Positions 19,941 to 30,942 of a stretch of 64,000 bases of DNA are shown piece after piece. The position numbers were made by a program, and so were the translations under genes. The stretch lies in contig OY969763.1 of the NCBI GenBank assembly GCA_963702845.1, positions 3,008,001-3,072,000 on the forward strand, written 5' to 3'. The notes under the pieces were generated by a model. That model was given only the letters and a program-made list of their open reading frames with translations, did no database searches and had not been told where the DNA came from. Source of the DNA: an uncultured Verrucomicrobiae bacterium. Lineage in GTDB: Bacteria > Verrucomicrobiota > Verrucomicrobiia > Limisphaerales > Palsa-1400. Positions within the stretch are counted from its first letter, which is position 1. Each line of letters opens with the position of its first letter.

Positions 19941-19996
19941 CTTTGAAGGAAGAGGTAAGAGGTGACACAGTCAGTTCTTACTTCTTGAATTGTTTG

Positions 19997-21376
19997 ATGC
20001 CGAAGGTTTCATCCGAAACGAAACCGCTGGGAGACCAAACCGAATCTCTACCCACCGCGGTCCGGCCTATTTACGCGTTCATCATTTTCAACGCGTTGTC
20101 GTACCAGGTAATTCTCAGCAGCCCGATGGTGCTTTACGCGAAGACCCTCGGAGCGAGTGCAACTGTGTTGGGAATCATCGCTGGAATGATGCCGCTGTTG
20201 GTGATTTTCCAGATACCGGCGTCGAAACATCTCGGGCGCATTGGATATAAAAAGTTTGTCTTTGCGGGTTGGGGAACGCGCACGTTGTTTGTGGTGGGTT
20301 TGGCGCTGGTTCCGCTGACGGGCGCATTTCTTGATCGGACGACACGGCTTGCATTGGTGCTCCTGCTGTTGTTCGCATTCAACCTGACGCGCGGGATCAC
20401 GAGTTGCGCGTGGCTGCCTTGGATCACGGCGCTAATTCCAGCGACGGTGCGTGGGCAATATTTGGTGCGAGATGCGGCGTGCATGAACATCGGCAGTTTT
20501 CTCGTGTTCATCATTGCCGCGCTCGTTCTACAAACGGACCCGCATGCGTGGCAATTCGCGCTGCTGTTTGCGTTCAGTGCGGCGATGGCTGGTATCAGCC
20601 TGAGTTTTTTGCGACGGGTGCCGGACGGCGAAGCACCAGCGGAAATTCAGGCCTCGCGCACGCCGGTGCCCTGGAAAGAAATTATTACTTACCCGCCGTT
20701 CAGCAAATTGGTCTGGATGGCGATCGCGTGGTCGGTCGCGTACGGCGGCTTAACTACGTTTATCGTGGCGTTTCTGAAAACCGAAACGGGTCTGAGCGAA
20801 CGAGAGATCATGTTGGTAACGTCCGTGTCGTTCGTCGGCGGATTGAGCAGCTTGTGGTTGCTTGGTTCGCGACTGGATCATTTGGGAAGCAAACCGGTGT
20901 TGGCGGTTTGCATGATGACGTGGATCGTGATTCTGACAGGTTGGATTTTGATTTCGGGCAAGTTCGTCACCGCACATATCATTCCGTTGATTTTGGTATT
21001 GGAATTAGCGATGGGACTCGGATTCTCGCTGGTCAACATGGCCTCGACGCGGCTGGCAATGGTGGTCATTCCGCCCATGGGCCGGAATCATTTCTTCACT
21101 TATTACTCGGTAGTTACGAACGTGACGCTTGGGTTGGCGCCAATTTTTTGGGGGATATTCATCGACGCGCTGAAAGGCTTTCACGGCCACTGGCAAGGTG
21201 TGGAGTGGAATAGATTCAGCCTGTTTTTCGCGGCGGCTGGGTTGGTTTATTTCGTGACGATGATTCTGACGAAGCGATTGCACGAACCGAAGGCGGCGAG
21301 CATGGAAGAGTTGTTGCGCGATATCTGGCAACAATCGCCGCTGCGCATCTGGTTTCGATTAGGACCGCGCGGCTAA
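19997..21376 (+). CDS. MFS transporter
   Basis: About 12 hydrophobic segments; GSRLDHLGSKP loop motif. Confidence 0.85.
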   Translation: MPKVSSETKPLGDQTESLPTAVRPIYAFIIFNALSYQVILSSPMVLYAKTLGASATVLGIIAGMMPLLVIFQIPASKHLGRIGYKKFVFAGWGTRTLFVVGLALVPLTGAFLDRTTRLALVLLLLFAFNLTRGITSCAWLPWITALIPATVRGQYLVRDAACMNIGSFLVFIIAALVLQTDPHAWQFALLFAFSAAMAGISLSFLRRVPDGEAPAEIQASRTPVPWKEIITYPPFSKLVWMAIAWSVAYGGLTTFIVAFLKTETGLSEREIMLVTSVSFVGGLSSLWLLGSRLDHLGSKPVLAVCMMTWIVILTGWILISGKFVTAHIIPLILVLELAMGLGFSLVNMASTRLAMVVIPPMGRNHFFTYYSVVTNVTLGLAPIFWGIFIDALKGFHGHWQGVEWNRFSLFFAAAGLVYFVTMILTKRLHEPKAASMEELLRDIWQQSPLRIWFRLGPRG

Positions 21377-21421
21377 TTTCGACTCTTGTCGAATCGCGGT
21401 GGATTGGTTCATCTTGGTGGG

Positions 21422-22252
21422 ATGAGCACGGCCAACATTCCTCTCGAAGATAATTTTGCCGACATTGTCGGAAAAGCGCAGCGTGGTTTGGGTTTGAGTG
21501 ACGATGCGGTAGCAACCCGCGCCGGTGTTTCGGTCGCTGAATTGAGTGCGTTTAAAGACGGACAGTTTAGCGAAGCCGTCGCGCGGAATCTTGCCTCAGC
21601 TTTGGATCTCGCTGCCGACGCGCTCGTCGAACTGGGAAAAAAGGCTTGGTATCCGCCCGCGCATGAACTGGACGGTTTGGCGCAGTTCAATACCACTTAC
21701 CACGATATGACTGTGAATTCGTATGTGGTGTTTGATCCAAAAACAAAGGAAGCGGCCGTATTCGATACCGGAGCAACGGCTCAGCCGATGTTGGATTTTG
21801 CGAAGCAGAACGGATTGAATATCCAGTTGATTTTGCTCACGCACACGCACGTCGATCATATTGCCGATTTGAAAGGTCTAAAAGCGGCGACCGGCACACC
21901 GGCTTACGTCGGCGAAAAGGAACAGTTCGCTGATGCTGATGCATTCGCGGCTGGGAAAACTTTTCACGTTGGAAATCTTAAAATCGAAACGCGCCAAACG
22001 AGTGGTCATGCACGTGGAGGAATTACATTTGTGATTTCCGGTTTGGGCCGACGCGTTGCCATTGTCGGCGATGCATTGTTTGCGTGTTCGATGGGCGGCG
22101 GAATGATTTCCTACGAAGAGGCGTTGCGCACTAATCGGAAAGAGATTTTCAGTTTACCTGATGATACGATTGTGTGTCCTGGGCACGGGCCATTGACAAC
22201 GGTCGGGGAACAGAAAAAACACAATCCGTTTTATCCCGAGTTCCAGAAATAG
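21422..22252 (+). CDS. MBL-fold metallo-hydrolase with N-terminal XRE-like HTH
   Basis: THTHVDH, SGHA, GDALF and PGHG motifs; helical N-terminal ~70 aa. Confidence 0.88.
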   Translation: MSTANIPLEDNFADIVGKAQRGLGLSDDAVATRAGVSVAELSAFKDGQFSEAVARNLASALDLAADALVELGKKAWYPPAHELDGLAQFNTTYHDMTVNSYVVFDPKTKEAAVFDTGATAQPMLDFAKQNGLNIQLILLTHTHVDHIADLKGLKAATGTPAYVGEKEQFADADAFAAGKTFHVGNLKIETRQTSGHARGGITFVISGLGRRVAIVGDALFACSMGGGMISYEEALRTNRKEIFSLPDDTIVCPGHGPLTTVGEQKKHNPFYPEFQK

Positions 22253-22257
22253 CAGAG

Positions 22258-23160
22258 CTAAGCGATTGCCTGGCGCGGCACTTTTTTGACCATTGCGGCG
22301 AAATCGTCGATTTCGGCGGTGCTCTCGAATCCGACGTTCAGGATGTCGACGATTCCAGACTGGAGCGCAAACTTAATCGATTCCTGGCGCTTAACTGGAT
22401 CGGTGCGCAGCCTCCCCTCGCCCACGATTTTCATTCCGACAACGCCTTTTCCGGCGGCGTGAATGCGTTTAATGATCGGCACAACTTTTTCCGGTGGTCC
22501 ATCCATACTCATGCCGTAGGGGTTGATGCGAAGATTGACGGAATCGACCCACGGCTCAGCAGCAGCGGTTTCGAGCGCTTCCATCGAGTGACAGGATACA
22601 CCGTGCGCGCGAATGGCACCTTTTTGTTTGAACTTGTCGAGGATGTCCATTTGCTTTTGCAATTCCTTCGACCAACCACCAGCGGTGCAGCAATGCAGCA
22701 GGACGATGTCGATGTAATCGGAGCCGAATTCTTTCAGGAAACGCGGAATGATGACGTCAGCGTCAGGGCGTTCCTTTTCGGGAATGCCGTCGGGACGCCA
22801 CCAGATTTTGGAAATGATGGTGAACTTATCGCGCGGAATGCCCTTCAAAGCGGGAATGATGTATGGGTGTGAACCGTAAAGATCCGCCGTGTCGTAGACT
22901 CTGATACCGCGGTCGTAGGCGCCGCGAATGAGTGCGCTAAACTTTTCTTTTCCGAGGCGCGTCTGGTTCGACTCGCGCTTCCAACCTTTCATCCCGGTGC
23001 CCAGGCAGAGGCGGCTGACTTTGATGCCGGTTTTGCCGAGGGTGAAGCGCTCAGTGGGATCGAAGTATTCACTCTTTGCACTGGCAATATTGCTGCCAAG
23101 CAACAAAGCGCCTGCGCTTAGAGCCGATTGTTTGAGGAATGTGCGGCGTGGAATTTTCAT
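22258..23160 (-). CDS. Aldo/keto reductase with Tat signal peptide
   Basis: PRRTFLK twin-arginine motif; LGKTGIKVSRLCLGT, DTADLYG and DYIDIVLLH. Confidence 0.9.
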   Translation of the reverse strand: MKIPRRTFLKQSALSAGALLLGSNIASAKSEYFDPTERFTLGKTGIKVSRLCLGTGMKGWKRESNQTRLGKEKFSALIRGAYDRGIRVYDTADLYGSHPYIIPALKGIPRDKFTIISKIWWRPDGIPEKERPDADVIIPRFLKEFGSDYIDIVLLHCCTAGGWSKELQKQMDILDKFKQKGAIRAHGVSCHSMEALETAAAEPWVDSVNLRINPYGMSMDGPPEKVVPIIKRIHAAGKGVVGMKIVGEGRLRTDPVKRQESIKFALQSGIVDILNVGFESTAEIDDFAAMVKKVPRQAIA

Positions 23161-23248
23161 AACGCGTTTTCCTAATAACTCGTTCAAAAAGTGTACGTGA
23201 GGACAATGCTGCGCACACCAATCCAAGTCAAACTATCAGTGCGCGGGC

Positions 23249-26200
23249 CTAGTCTTCTGAGAACAAGTATTCCAAATCGGTTTGCGAGAGGTTTTGTGCA
23301 AAACCTTGTTCGCCGAGCACGTCCGCGATGGTTTGGGCTTTGCGCTGTTGCAGGTCCCAGATTTTTTCTTCGACGGTGCCGGGAGCGATGAGACGGTAGG
23401 CGTTAACCGTGCGCGTTTGGCCGATACGGTGCGAGCGGTCGATGGCTTGCGCTTCGACGGCTGGATTCCACCATGGGTCGTAAAGGACGACGTAACTGGC
23501 GTTGGTCAGGTTTAATCCGGTGCCGGCGGCACGAAGACTGAGCAAGAACACGCAGCCGTTGGTGTCTTCCTGGAACGATTGCGTTACCTGGGAACGGTCT
23601 TTGGTTTCGCCGGTGAGGATATGGGTCTTGATACCGCGCGCATGACATTCTTTTTCGAGAATGCGCAGCATTTGGACAAATTGACTGAAGACCAAAACCT
23701 TTTGGTTTTCGGCGAGGAGCGGCTCCAGCAATTCGAAGAACGTAGTGGTCTTCCCTGAATCGGAGTCGTTGTTGACCAACTGCGGGTGGCAGCAGATTTG
23801 GCGCAGACGCGTGAGCGCAGCGAGAACATGAATCGTGATGCGACCGAGGCCTTTTTCGGAGACGGCATCCATGACCTGCTCGCGGCTACGGCGGAGTTCA
23901 GCGAGGTAAAGTTTGCGCTGGGCTTCGCCGAGATCGCAGTCGCGACGTTGCTCGATGCGATCGGGCAAGTCTGCGGCGACTTCTTTTTTCAAGCGGCGCA
24001 GGAGCAACGGACGAAGTTTCGACGCGAGCCGGCGTCGGGCAATGCGTTGTTCGTCAGCGGCGTTCTCGCCCTTGGGTTCGTATTTTTCCGAAAACTTCTG
24101 TTGGTTACCCAGATAGCCGGGTTGAACAAAATCAACAATGCTCCAGAGATCAAGCAAGCGATTCTCCAACGGCGTGCCAGTTAAGGCGAGGCGTTGGTCG
24201 GAGTGCAGTTGTTTGACGGAAAGTGTAATCTGCGCGTCGGGATTCTTGATGAATTGGGCTTCGTCGAGAATGACTGCGCGGAAGGAAAACTTTTGCAGTG
24301 CTTCAAGGTCGCGGCGAAGCAACGCGTAATTGGTGACGATCAAATCGTATTCGGGAATTTGATTGCGCAGGTTGTGCCGCGCCGCGCCACTTTCAAGGAC
24401 GAGCACGCGCATCTGTGGGGTGAAGCGGTTGGCTTCACGACGCCAATTGTGGAGAACTGAAGCGGGACAAATGACCAAGGCCGGTGTTTTTTCCTTTTGC
24501 TGCAAACGGGTCCACTCGAGCCACGTCAATGTTTGGAGCGTTTTGCCCAAACCCATGTCGTCGGCGAGGATTCCGCCGAGTTTGTGGCGGCTGAGATGGC
24601 AAAGGAAATCGAAGCCTTGCTTCTGGTATGGACGCATTTCTGCCTGGAGCGTCGGTGGCAATGGGGTTTCTGGAACCCCGCTGAATTCTTCGAGGCTTTT
24701 GCGGAGCGCTTTGGCTTCAGGGCCATCGCCGAATTTCTGCAAGCCCGCATCGTCGAGATGCGCGGCCTGTTCGAAACCGAGCTTTTGCGGAACAGCAACC
24801 AAACCGTCGACGCCAAGATCGGCCATGGCTTCGTGAGCTTGCTGCACGGCTGCAGCGTCGAGTTCGACCCAGCCTGCATCCGGCAATTTAACAAATCGTC
24901 CGGTAGCAGACTGCAACCGCAACAGATCGGCTGGCGTAAGACGCATGCCTTCTGCTTCCCATTCGGCGGAAATTGAAAACCAATCAATGCCGCTGCCTTT
25001 GACCAACAGGCGCGGTTTGAGTGCGCGGGGTGACAGGAACAGGCGATGGAACGCCGGATTGCCAAGATATTCGGCGTCTTCCGGTTTCGTGGGCCACGCG
25101 TTGGCGAGAACCTGCAACGAGTTTTCGTTCGCATCACCAACCCACACGCCGGGCTCGGGCGTGAACCAATCCAATCGGCGCAACCAAAGCACCGAAGGAT
25201 CCAGGCGCGCGTCGTCTAAAATTTCTGGTTTGGCGTCCAGCTTGACCGGTTCGTTGTCCTGATTCCAATCGTGTCCGGTCCAATGCCAGGGAGTATTGTC
25301 GCGTTCACTCTGGGCGAGCAATCGCAAGCGGACAACGTTGTCTTCCAATTCGAACGTGAATCGCGGCTTGGCCTTGTGAACGATGCAAAGCTGTTCCCAA
25401 TCCACACCATCGTTAGATTGGTTTTTGCGCAGCTTGGTCAGAAGGCGTCGGCTCAACTTGCTCACCGGCAATCCGCCTTTTTGTGCCCAGGCGTTCAGCA
25501 AATCCGTCGGCGGAGCTGCTCGAAGCAAATAGAAAGAGTCATTGATCAGCGCGATTGGCGGCTGTCCACCGAAAAACTTAGCGGCTTCGAGGGGATGCGC
25601 TTCACCGGCCGGGAGAACCAGACGATGTGTAAAGGTCAGGTCGCCATCGACGGGCGCGAGATGCGGTTTCAGTTCGGCGAGATGGCCCTGAAAGTTGACG
25701 AGGGATTGCGAGGCTGCCATCTGCAAACGCGATTTGTCACCCCACCGTACGAGCCATTGCAAGAGGTCGAGTCCAGTCAGGATAAATTTATCCCACAAAC
25801 CTTCCGGGTCGCGGTGAGTTTCGGCGAGCCATTGAATGAATTCCCAATCGTGACCGGGGAAAAGTTCCTGTTCGTGAGCGGCACGGGTCGTCAGGTCAAC
25901 GATTTCGCCGAGAGTTTTAATTTTCTCCCCGGTGCGCTGACGAAAGACATGAAAAGAGACGGACAACCCGTGGAGCGCAGGATGCTCCGTCAAGGCGACC
26001 GGTTCGCAGATGACGCGTAGCGCGGCGCGAGGGGAATCAAGGTGGGCCGGTGACGGCGGGTAAAGCCATTGTTCCAATTGATGGACCAGCTTGTTTTCCT
26101 CTTCCGCAGCTTCAATTTCGGCGAAGCGCGTGAGATTGGCGTGCCCTTGCAGTTCAGTCGGCAACGGACGATTGGCGCGGAGGAACAGGATAGCAGTCTC

Positions 26201-26512
26201 TTCGAGACGTTTTTTGCCTTGTGACGCCATCAAGCGCGGCCACCACTCCTGTCCTGAGAAATCTTTACGCGAAAGCTGTAGTTTATCGAAGTAGTCCTCT
26301 AGCAGGAGCCAAGCGCGCTGCGAATCCGTGCAATCGGCGAAAATCTTAAGGAGCTCGGTGCGCTCGCTCACGGCTGCCTTGGAATCCGCCAACTCGCGCC
26401 GAAGGTCTGCCTGGACCCCATACGTCTTCGCCAACACCGTATGATGTGCGTCATACTTGGTTGTATTGCCTGAACGGGTGGTAAATCCCGTCTTTGACGT
26501 GTTTTTGGACAT
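23249..26512 (-). CDS. SNF2-family DEAD/DEAH-box helicase
   Basis: RPYQ, LADDMGLGKT, DEAQ, LTGTPLEN, LVFSQF, GLNLT and DPWWNPAVEAQAIDRSHRIGQ. Confidence 0.95.
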   Translation of the reverse strand: MSKNTSKTGFTTRSGNTTKYDAHHTVLAKTYGVQADLRRELADSKAAVSERTELLKIFADCTDSQRAWLLLEDYFDKLQLSRKDFSGQEWWPRLMASQGKKRLEETAILFLRANRPLPTELQGHANLTRFAEIEAAEEENKLVHQLEQWLYPPSPAHLDSPRAALRVICEPVALTEHPALHGLSVSFHVFRQRTGEKIKTLGEIVDLTTRAAHEQELFPGHDWEFIQWLAETHRDPEGLWDKFILTGLDLLQWLVRWGDKSRLQMAASQSLVNFQGHLAELKPHLAPVDGDLTFTHRLVLPAGEAHPLEAAKFFGGQPPIALINDSFYLLRAAPPTDLLNAWAQKGGLPVSKLSRRLLTKLRKNQSNDGVDWEQLCIVHKAKPRFTFELEDNVVRLRLLAQSERDNTPWHWTGHDWNQDNEPVKLDAKPEILDDARLDPSVLWLRRLDWFTPEPGVWVGDANENSLQVLANAWPTKPEDAEYLGNPAFHRLFLSPRALKPRLLVKGSGIDWFSISAEWEAEGMRLTPADLLRLQSATGRFVKLPDAGWVELDAAAVQQAHEAMADLGVDGLVAVPQKLGFEQAAHLDDAGLQKFGDGPEAKALRKSLEEFSGVPETPLPPTLQAEMRPYQKQGFDFLCHLSRHKLGGILADDMGLGKTLQTLTWLEWTRLQQKEKTPALVICPASVLHNWRREANRFTPQMRVLVLESGAARHNLRNQIPEYDLIVTNYALLRRDLEALQKFSFRAVILDEAQFIKNPDAQITLSVKQLHSDQRLALTGTPLENRLLDLWSIVDFVQPGYLGNQQKFSEKYEPKGENAADEQRIARRRLASKLRPLLLRRLKKEVAADLPDRIEQRRDCDLGEAQRKLYLAELRRSREQVMDAVSEKGLGRITIHVLAALTRLRQICCHPQLVNNDSDSGKTTTFFELLEPLLAENQKVLVFSQFVQMLRILEKECHARGIKTHILTGETKDRSQVTQSFQEDTNGCVFLLSLRAAGTGLNLTNASYVVLYDPWWNPAVEAQAIDRSHRIGQTRTVNAYRLIAPGTVEEKIWDLQQRKAQTIADVLGEQGFAQNLSQTDLEYLFSED

Positions 26513-26746
26513 TATTTGGGGCCCGAATTAAAGGCGTTATATCTCGTCATAACCGGCGGCTTTGGTCAATTCGAATTAGCAAAAAAGTGGGAACAACTTA
26601 TACACTGGTTGTTCACAAACTGCTCAATGTCTGTGATATACCCGATTCTGTGGGGTTCGACAGTCGGGCAAACGGCGAAACGAATGTAGGACGAAAAGCG
26701 ACATAATGCGCTTTCCTCTGCGCAGCCGCACTTCTATAACAGGCGC

Positions 26747-28742
26747 ATGTCCAGCGAGGAGAATGTTTTGGCGCGGCCGGTAACGACGCTCTATGGCGTC
26801 GGACCGGAGCGGGCCAGGCAATTAGAGCGAATGGGCATTGTGACCGTCGAAGACTTGCTGCTGCATCGGCCGAATCGGCACGAGGATCGACGCAATTTCA
26901 CTCCTATTGCCGAATTGCAACTCAAAGAATCGGCGCTCACCTGTGGAAAAATCGTCGCTGCCGGCGTGAAAAAATGGAAATTCGGGACCCGTTCAATATT
27001 CACCATCGTTCTCGATGACGGGACCGCGCGATTGCACTGCCGCTGGTTCAATGCAGGGTATATGGAGGGTTATTTTCAAGTCGGCGAGGAAGTGGTCGTG
27101 TTCGGAAAGGTGCGCTCACTCAAACCGCGGACCATTGATCATCCAGAAAATGAAGTAATCGATGCGGTGGATCGGTCGGTTCACCTGAATCGGATTGTGC
27201 CTATTTATCCGCTGACGGAAGGTTTGCCGCAGCGATGGCTGCGCGCGCTGATTTGGCGAACACTCGAAGCATACGGGCCGGCATTCACGGATTTGCACCC
27301 TCAAATCGCACTGCCGGGCCAAACCCTTCATAGGGCTGAAGCGCTTCGGTTGTTACATTTTCCGGCTGCACCAGAAGATGTCGAACATGCGCGGCGGCGG
27401 CTTGCGTTTGATGAATTTGTCGCACTGCAACATTCAATGCAGCTCCGGCGCAAGAAGTTGGAAGCAAACGCCCGCGCCCTGCCCGCTTCCGGGGACAATC
27501 ACCTGATTAAACCGTTTCTCGGGAAACTCCCGTTCAAGCTATCGGATTCGCAAATAACAGTTCTGCGCGAGATACGCAAAGACATGGGCGGTCCTGTCCC
27601 GATGCGAAGGCTTCTGCAAGGCGACGTAGGCACCGGCAAGACAGTCGTGGCCGCTTGCACAGCGTTGATGGCGCTGGAGAGCAACAGCAATGTCGTGCTA
27701 ATGGCGCCGACTGAAATTCTCGCTGAACAACATTTCCAAAATTTCCGACGCTGGTTGGAGCCACTTGAAGACTTCAGTTGAACTGCTGACGAGCAGCTAT
27801 AAGCCGGCGATGGTCAGAGGAGAACATCCAACGTTGTTCATCGGCACCCACGCATTAATCGAGCAAACATTTGCAGTTGATCGTTTGGGGTTGGTCATCA
27901 TCGATGAGCAGCACAAGTTCGGGGTCGCGCAACGTGAGCAGTTGGTGAAAAAAGGCAATTACCCTCATCTGCTGGTCATGACGGCAACACCTATTCCGCG
28001 AACACTCGGGTTAACGCTTTATGGTGATTTAGATATTTCGACGATTGAACAACCGCCTGTTACGCGCGGGCAGATCAAAACATTTCTACGCACCGGCGAG
28101 AGCCGCGAAAAAGTCTGGAAGTTCGTGCGAAGCGAACTGGCGCGTGGGCGTCAGGCATACGTCATCTATTCGCGCCTCGAAGAGGAAGATACGGTTGTAG
28201 GTTTGAAAGCGGTAACAAAAGAATTCGACGAACTCCAAAAAGTATTCGCGCCGTTTCGTGTTGGCCTGATGCACGGGCGTTTAAAGTCGGAAGAAAAACA
28301 ACGAACGATGCAAGCCTTCTACGCAAACCGTCTCCATGTGTTGCTGGCCACGAGCATCGTTGAAGTGGGTTTGGACGTGCCGAATGCCACCGTCATGGTC
28401 ATTGAAAATGCCGACCAATTCGGTTTGGCCCAATTGCATCAGTTGCGCGGGCGCATCGGTCGCGGCTCGGAGCAATCCTATTGCATACTGTTGGCGAGCG
28501 CGAAAACTGCCGAAGCCAAAGCGCGATTGAAAATCATGGAGCAAACCACCGATGGGTTCAAAGTGGCGGAAGAAGATCTGAAATTGCGCGGTCCCGGAGA
28601 GTTTCTGGGTACTGATCAAAGCGGTCGTCCGGCGTTGCGATTTGGTGATTTGATCCAGGATCGTCCTCTGGTTGAGCACGCACGAGCGCTCGGTAAAACA
28701 ATCCCTGAACAAATATTAAGGAGTTTTTCCTATTGCATTTAG
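26747..28742 (+). CDS. recG: ATP-dependent DNA helicase RecG (split by a frameshift near 27764)
   Basis: Wedge domain, RLLQGDVGTGKT, DEQHKFG, MTATPIPRTL and QLHQLRGRIGRG across two abutting ORFs. Confidence 0.95.
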
Positions 28743-28768
28743 TTGACAACTGCGCAGATTGCAGCCGA

Positions 28769-28901
28769 ATGAAAAAACTAGCATTGGCTCTTTTAATTGC
28801 GGTATGCGGCTGCTTGTTCGTAAGTGGTTGCAATAACGATAATACAGCTCCACGCCGGAGGCACGAATGCCCCAGCAATGACAAACGCCCCGGCGAAGTA
28901 A
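28769..28901 (+). CDS. Small lipoprotein (frameshift near 28852)
   Basis: MKKLALALL...VSGC lipobox; alternative frame ends AGGTNAPAMTNAPAK*. Confidence 0.55.
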
Positions 28902-28952
28902 CTTCTCGGGATTAGGCTGGCCATCGAGAATGGCGTTTGCCAAGGTGTGGCC

Positions 28953-29272
28953 ATGAAGGCCACACCTGCACTTTTCTTTTGTCTGCGATTGTGTTGTTGG
29001 TCGGTTGCGGCGACGAGAAATCGAACCCGATAACCGCGCCGTCGATTACATCGGCTCGGCCGTTAAACAGCAGCAATCGGCCGTTAAAACGGTGGACTCA
29101 CCGCCCTGAATCAGGCGGTGCAGTTGTTCAACGTACAGGAAGGCCGCTACCCGAAAGACCTCAACGAACTCGTCGAGAAGAAATATATCGGCAAACTTCC
29201 CGAGCGGCCCCCGTTGGCATGAAACTTTCCTACGATGCGGCCGACGGGAAAGTTTCCGTGGTGAAGGAATAA
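28953..29272 (+). CDS. Small lipoprotein, several indels
   Basis: LVGC lipobox; alternative frame LNQAVQLFNVQEGRYPKDLNELVEKKYIGKLP joins GMKLSYDAADGKVSVVKE*. Confidence 0.55.
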
Positions 29273-29395
29273 ACGCACGGGCCGCGTCCTGCCCTCACGA
29301 ATTGGCGTCTGTCGTGTCGCGAAATAAAGTTTATCCGACGTCACGCATCCGTTGACGACCGGCGATTTAGCCATTAGCGTTCCGGCTTCTTTTTC

Positions 29396-30934
29396 ATGGA
29401 ACAGATCATCATTCTCGATTTCGGTTCGCAATACACACAAGTCATTGCGCGGCGCATTCGCGAGTGCAACGTGTATTCGGTCATCGTGCCGTTTGATAAA
29501 CCGGCGTCAGAAATCGCCGCGCTCAGACCCAAAGGTATTATTCTGTCGGGCGGCCCTTCCAGTGTTTACGCGAAGAACGCACCGTTGCCGGACAAAGCGA
29601 TTTTTCAACTCGGTGTTCCCATTCTCGGCGTCTGTTACGGAGTCCAATTGCTGGCACAATTCCTTGGCGGCAAAGTTGAGCCCGGACAAAAGCGCGAATA
29701 CGGCAAAGGCACTCTGACTGTTCGCGATGGCAAGTGCGCGCTGTTTGAAGGTCTCGCTGCAAAACTCCAGGTCTGGAATTCGCACGGTGATAAGCTGACC
29801 AGTTTGCCCAAAGGATTTAAACCTGTCGCAACCACGGAAAATTCAGATTTCGCCGCAATTGAAGATCGCAGCCGCCAGTTTTTCGGGCTGCAATTCCATC
29901 CCGAAGTCGCACACACCCTGCAAGGTCGTGCGATCATTTCTAATTTCGTTCATCGAATCTGCGGGTGTGGAAAAAATTGGACGATGCGCAGTTATGTCGA
30001 CCAGGCAGTGGAGGAAATTCGCGCTCAGGTCGGCGACGAACGCGTTATTTTGGGTTTGAGCGGCGGCGTCGATTCGAGTGTTGCGGCGGCGCTGTTGCAC
30101 AAGGCTATTGGTGATCAGCTCACCTGTATTTTCGTGAACAACGGTTTATTGCGTGGACGCGAAGCCGAAACGGTGCAGGAAGTTTTTGGCAGGCATTTCA
30201 AGATCAAGTTGCGATATGAAAACGTCGGAAAACTTTTCCTTGGCCGGCTCAAGGGTGTCACTGATCCCGAGCGTAAACGGAAGATTATCGGCAAAACTTT
30301 CATTGAAATATTTCAGGCAGCGACGAAACGCGTTGGCAAAGCCAAATTCCTCGCCCAGGGCACGCTCTATCCCGATATCATCGAATCAGTTCCGATCGCC
30401 GGCAATCCCGCAGCGCTGATTAAAAGCCATCACAACGTGGGCGGTCTGCCAAAAAACATGAAGTTCAAGTTGGTCGAGCCACTGAAATGTTTATTCAAGG
30501 ATGAAGTGCGACAACTTGGGCTCGAACTCGGTTTGCCAAAAGAAATCGTTTACCGCCAGCCCTTCCCCGGTCCTGGATTGGCAGTCCGCATTCTCGGCGA
30601 AGTATCCCCGAGTCGATGTGAGATTTTGCGCGCAGCCGACACCATTGTCGTCGAAGAAATGAAGCGCGCCGATCTGTATTATAAAATTTGGCAGAGTTTC
30701 GCCGTGCTCTTGCCGGTGCGAAGCGTTGGTGTCATGGGCGATGAACGCACTTATGATTATACGATAGCTATCCGTGCCGTTGAATCGCAGGACGGAATGA
30801 CGGCCGATTGGGTGAAACTGCCCTACGATTTATTGGAAACGCTTTCGACCAGAATCATAAACGAAGTCAAAGGCGTGAACCGCGTTTGTCTGGATATTTC
30901 GAGCAAGCCACCTGCAACGATCGAGTGGGAATAG
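29396..30934 (+). CDS. guaA: GMP synthase (glutamine-hydrolysing)
   Basis: [39 protein letters not shown] and KPPATIEWE. Confidence 0.99.
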   Translation: MEQIIILDFGSQYTQVIARRIRECNVYSVIVPFDKPASEIAALRPKGIILSGGPSSVYAKNAPLPDKAIFQLGVPILGVCYGVQLLAQFLGGKVEPGQKREYGKGTLTVRDGKCALFEGLAAKLQVWNSHGDKLTSLPKGFKPVATTENSDFAAIEDRSRQFFGLQFHPEVAHTLQGRAIISNFVHRICGCGKNWTMRSYVDQAVEEIRAQVGDERVILGLSGGVDSSVAAALLHKAIGDQLTCIFVNNGLLRGREAETVQEVFGRHFKIKLRYENVGKLFLGRLKGVTDPERKRKIIGKTFIEIFQAATKRVGKAKFLAQGTLYPDIIESVPIAGNPAALIKSHHNVGGLPKNMKFKLVEPLKCLFKDEVRQLGLELGLPKEIVYRQPFPGPGLAVRILGEVSPSRCEILRAADTIVVEEMKRADLYYKIWQSFAVLLPVRSVGVMGDERTYDYTIAIRAVESQDGMTADWVKLPYDLLETLSTRIINEVKGVNRVCLDISSKPPATIEWE

Positions 30935-30942
30935 CGCGCCTT

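Noticed and set aside
19868..19996. N-terminal extension of the MFS ORF and antisense ORF 19730-19933
   Set aside because: Both overlap tRNA-Lys; the MFS more plausibly starts at 19997.
19865..21376. tRNA-Lys as an island integration site
   Set aside because: No integrase and no duplicated tRNA 3' end seen in the window.
23249..26512. SNF2 helicase as part of a defence system
   Set aside because: No methylase, nuclease or other defence partners adjacent; the context is housekeeping.
26667..26699. c-di-GMP-I riboswitch-like words GGCAAAC...GAAA...GACGAAAAGC upstream of recG
   Set aside because: The P2 stem does not pair and the P3 motif is missing.
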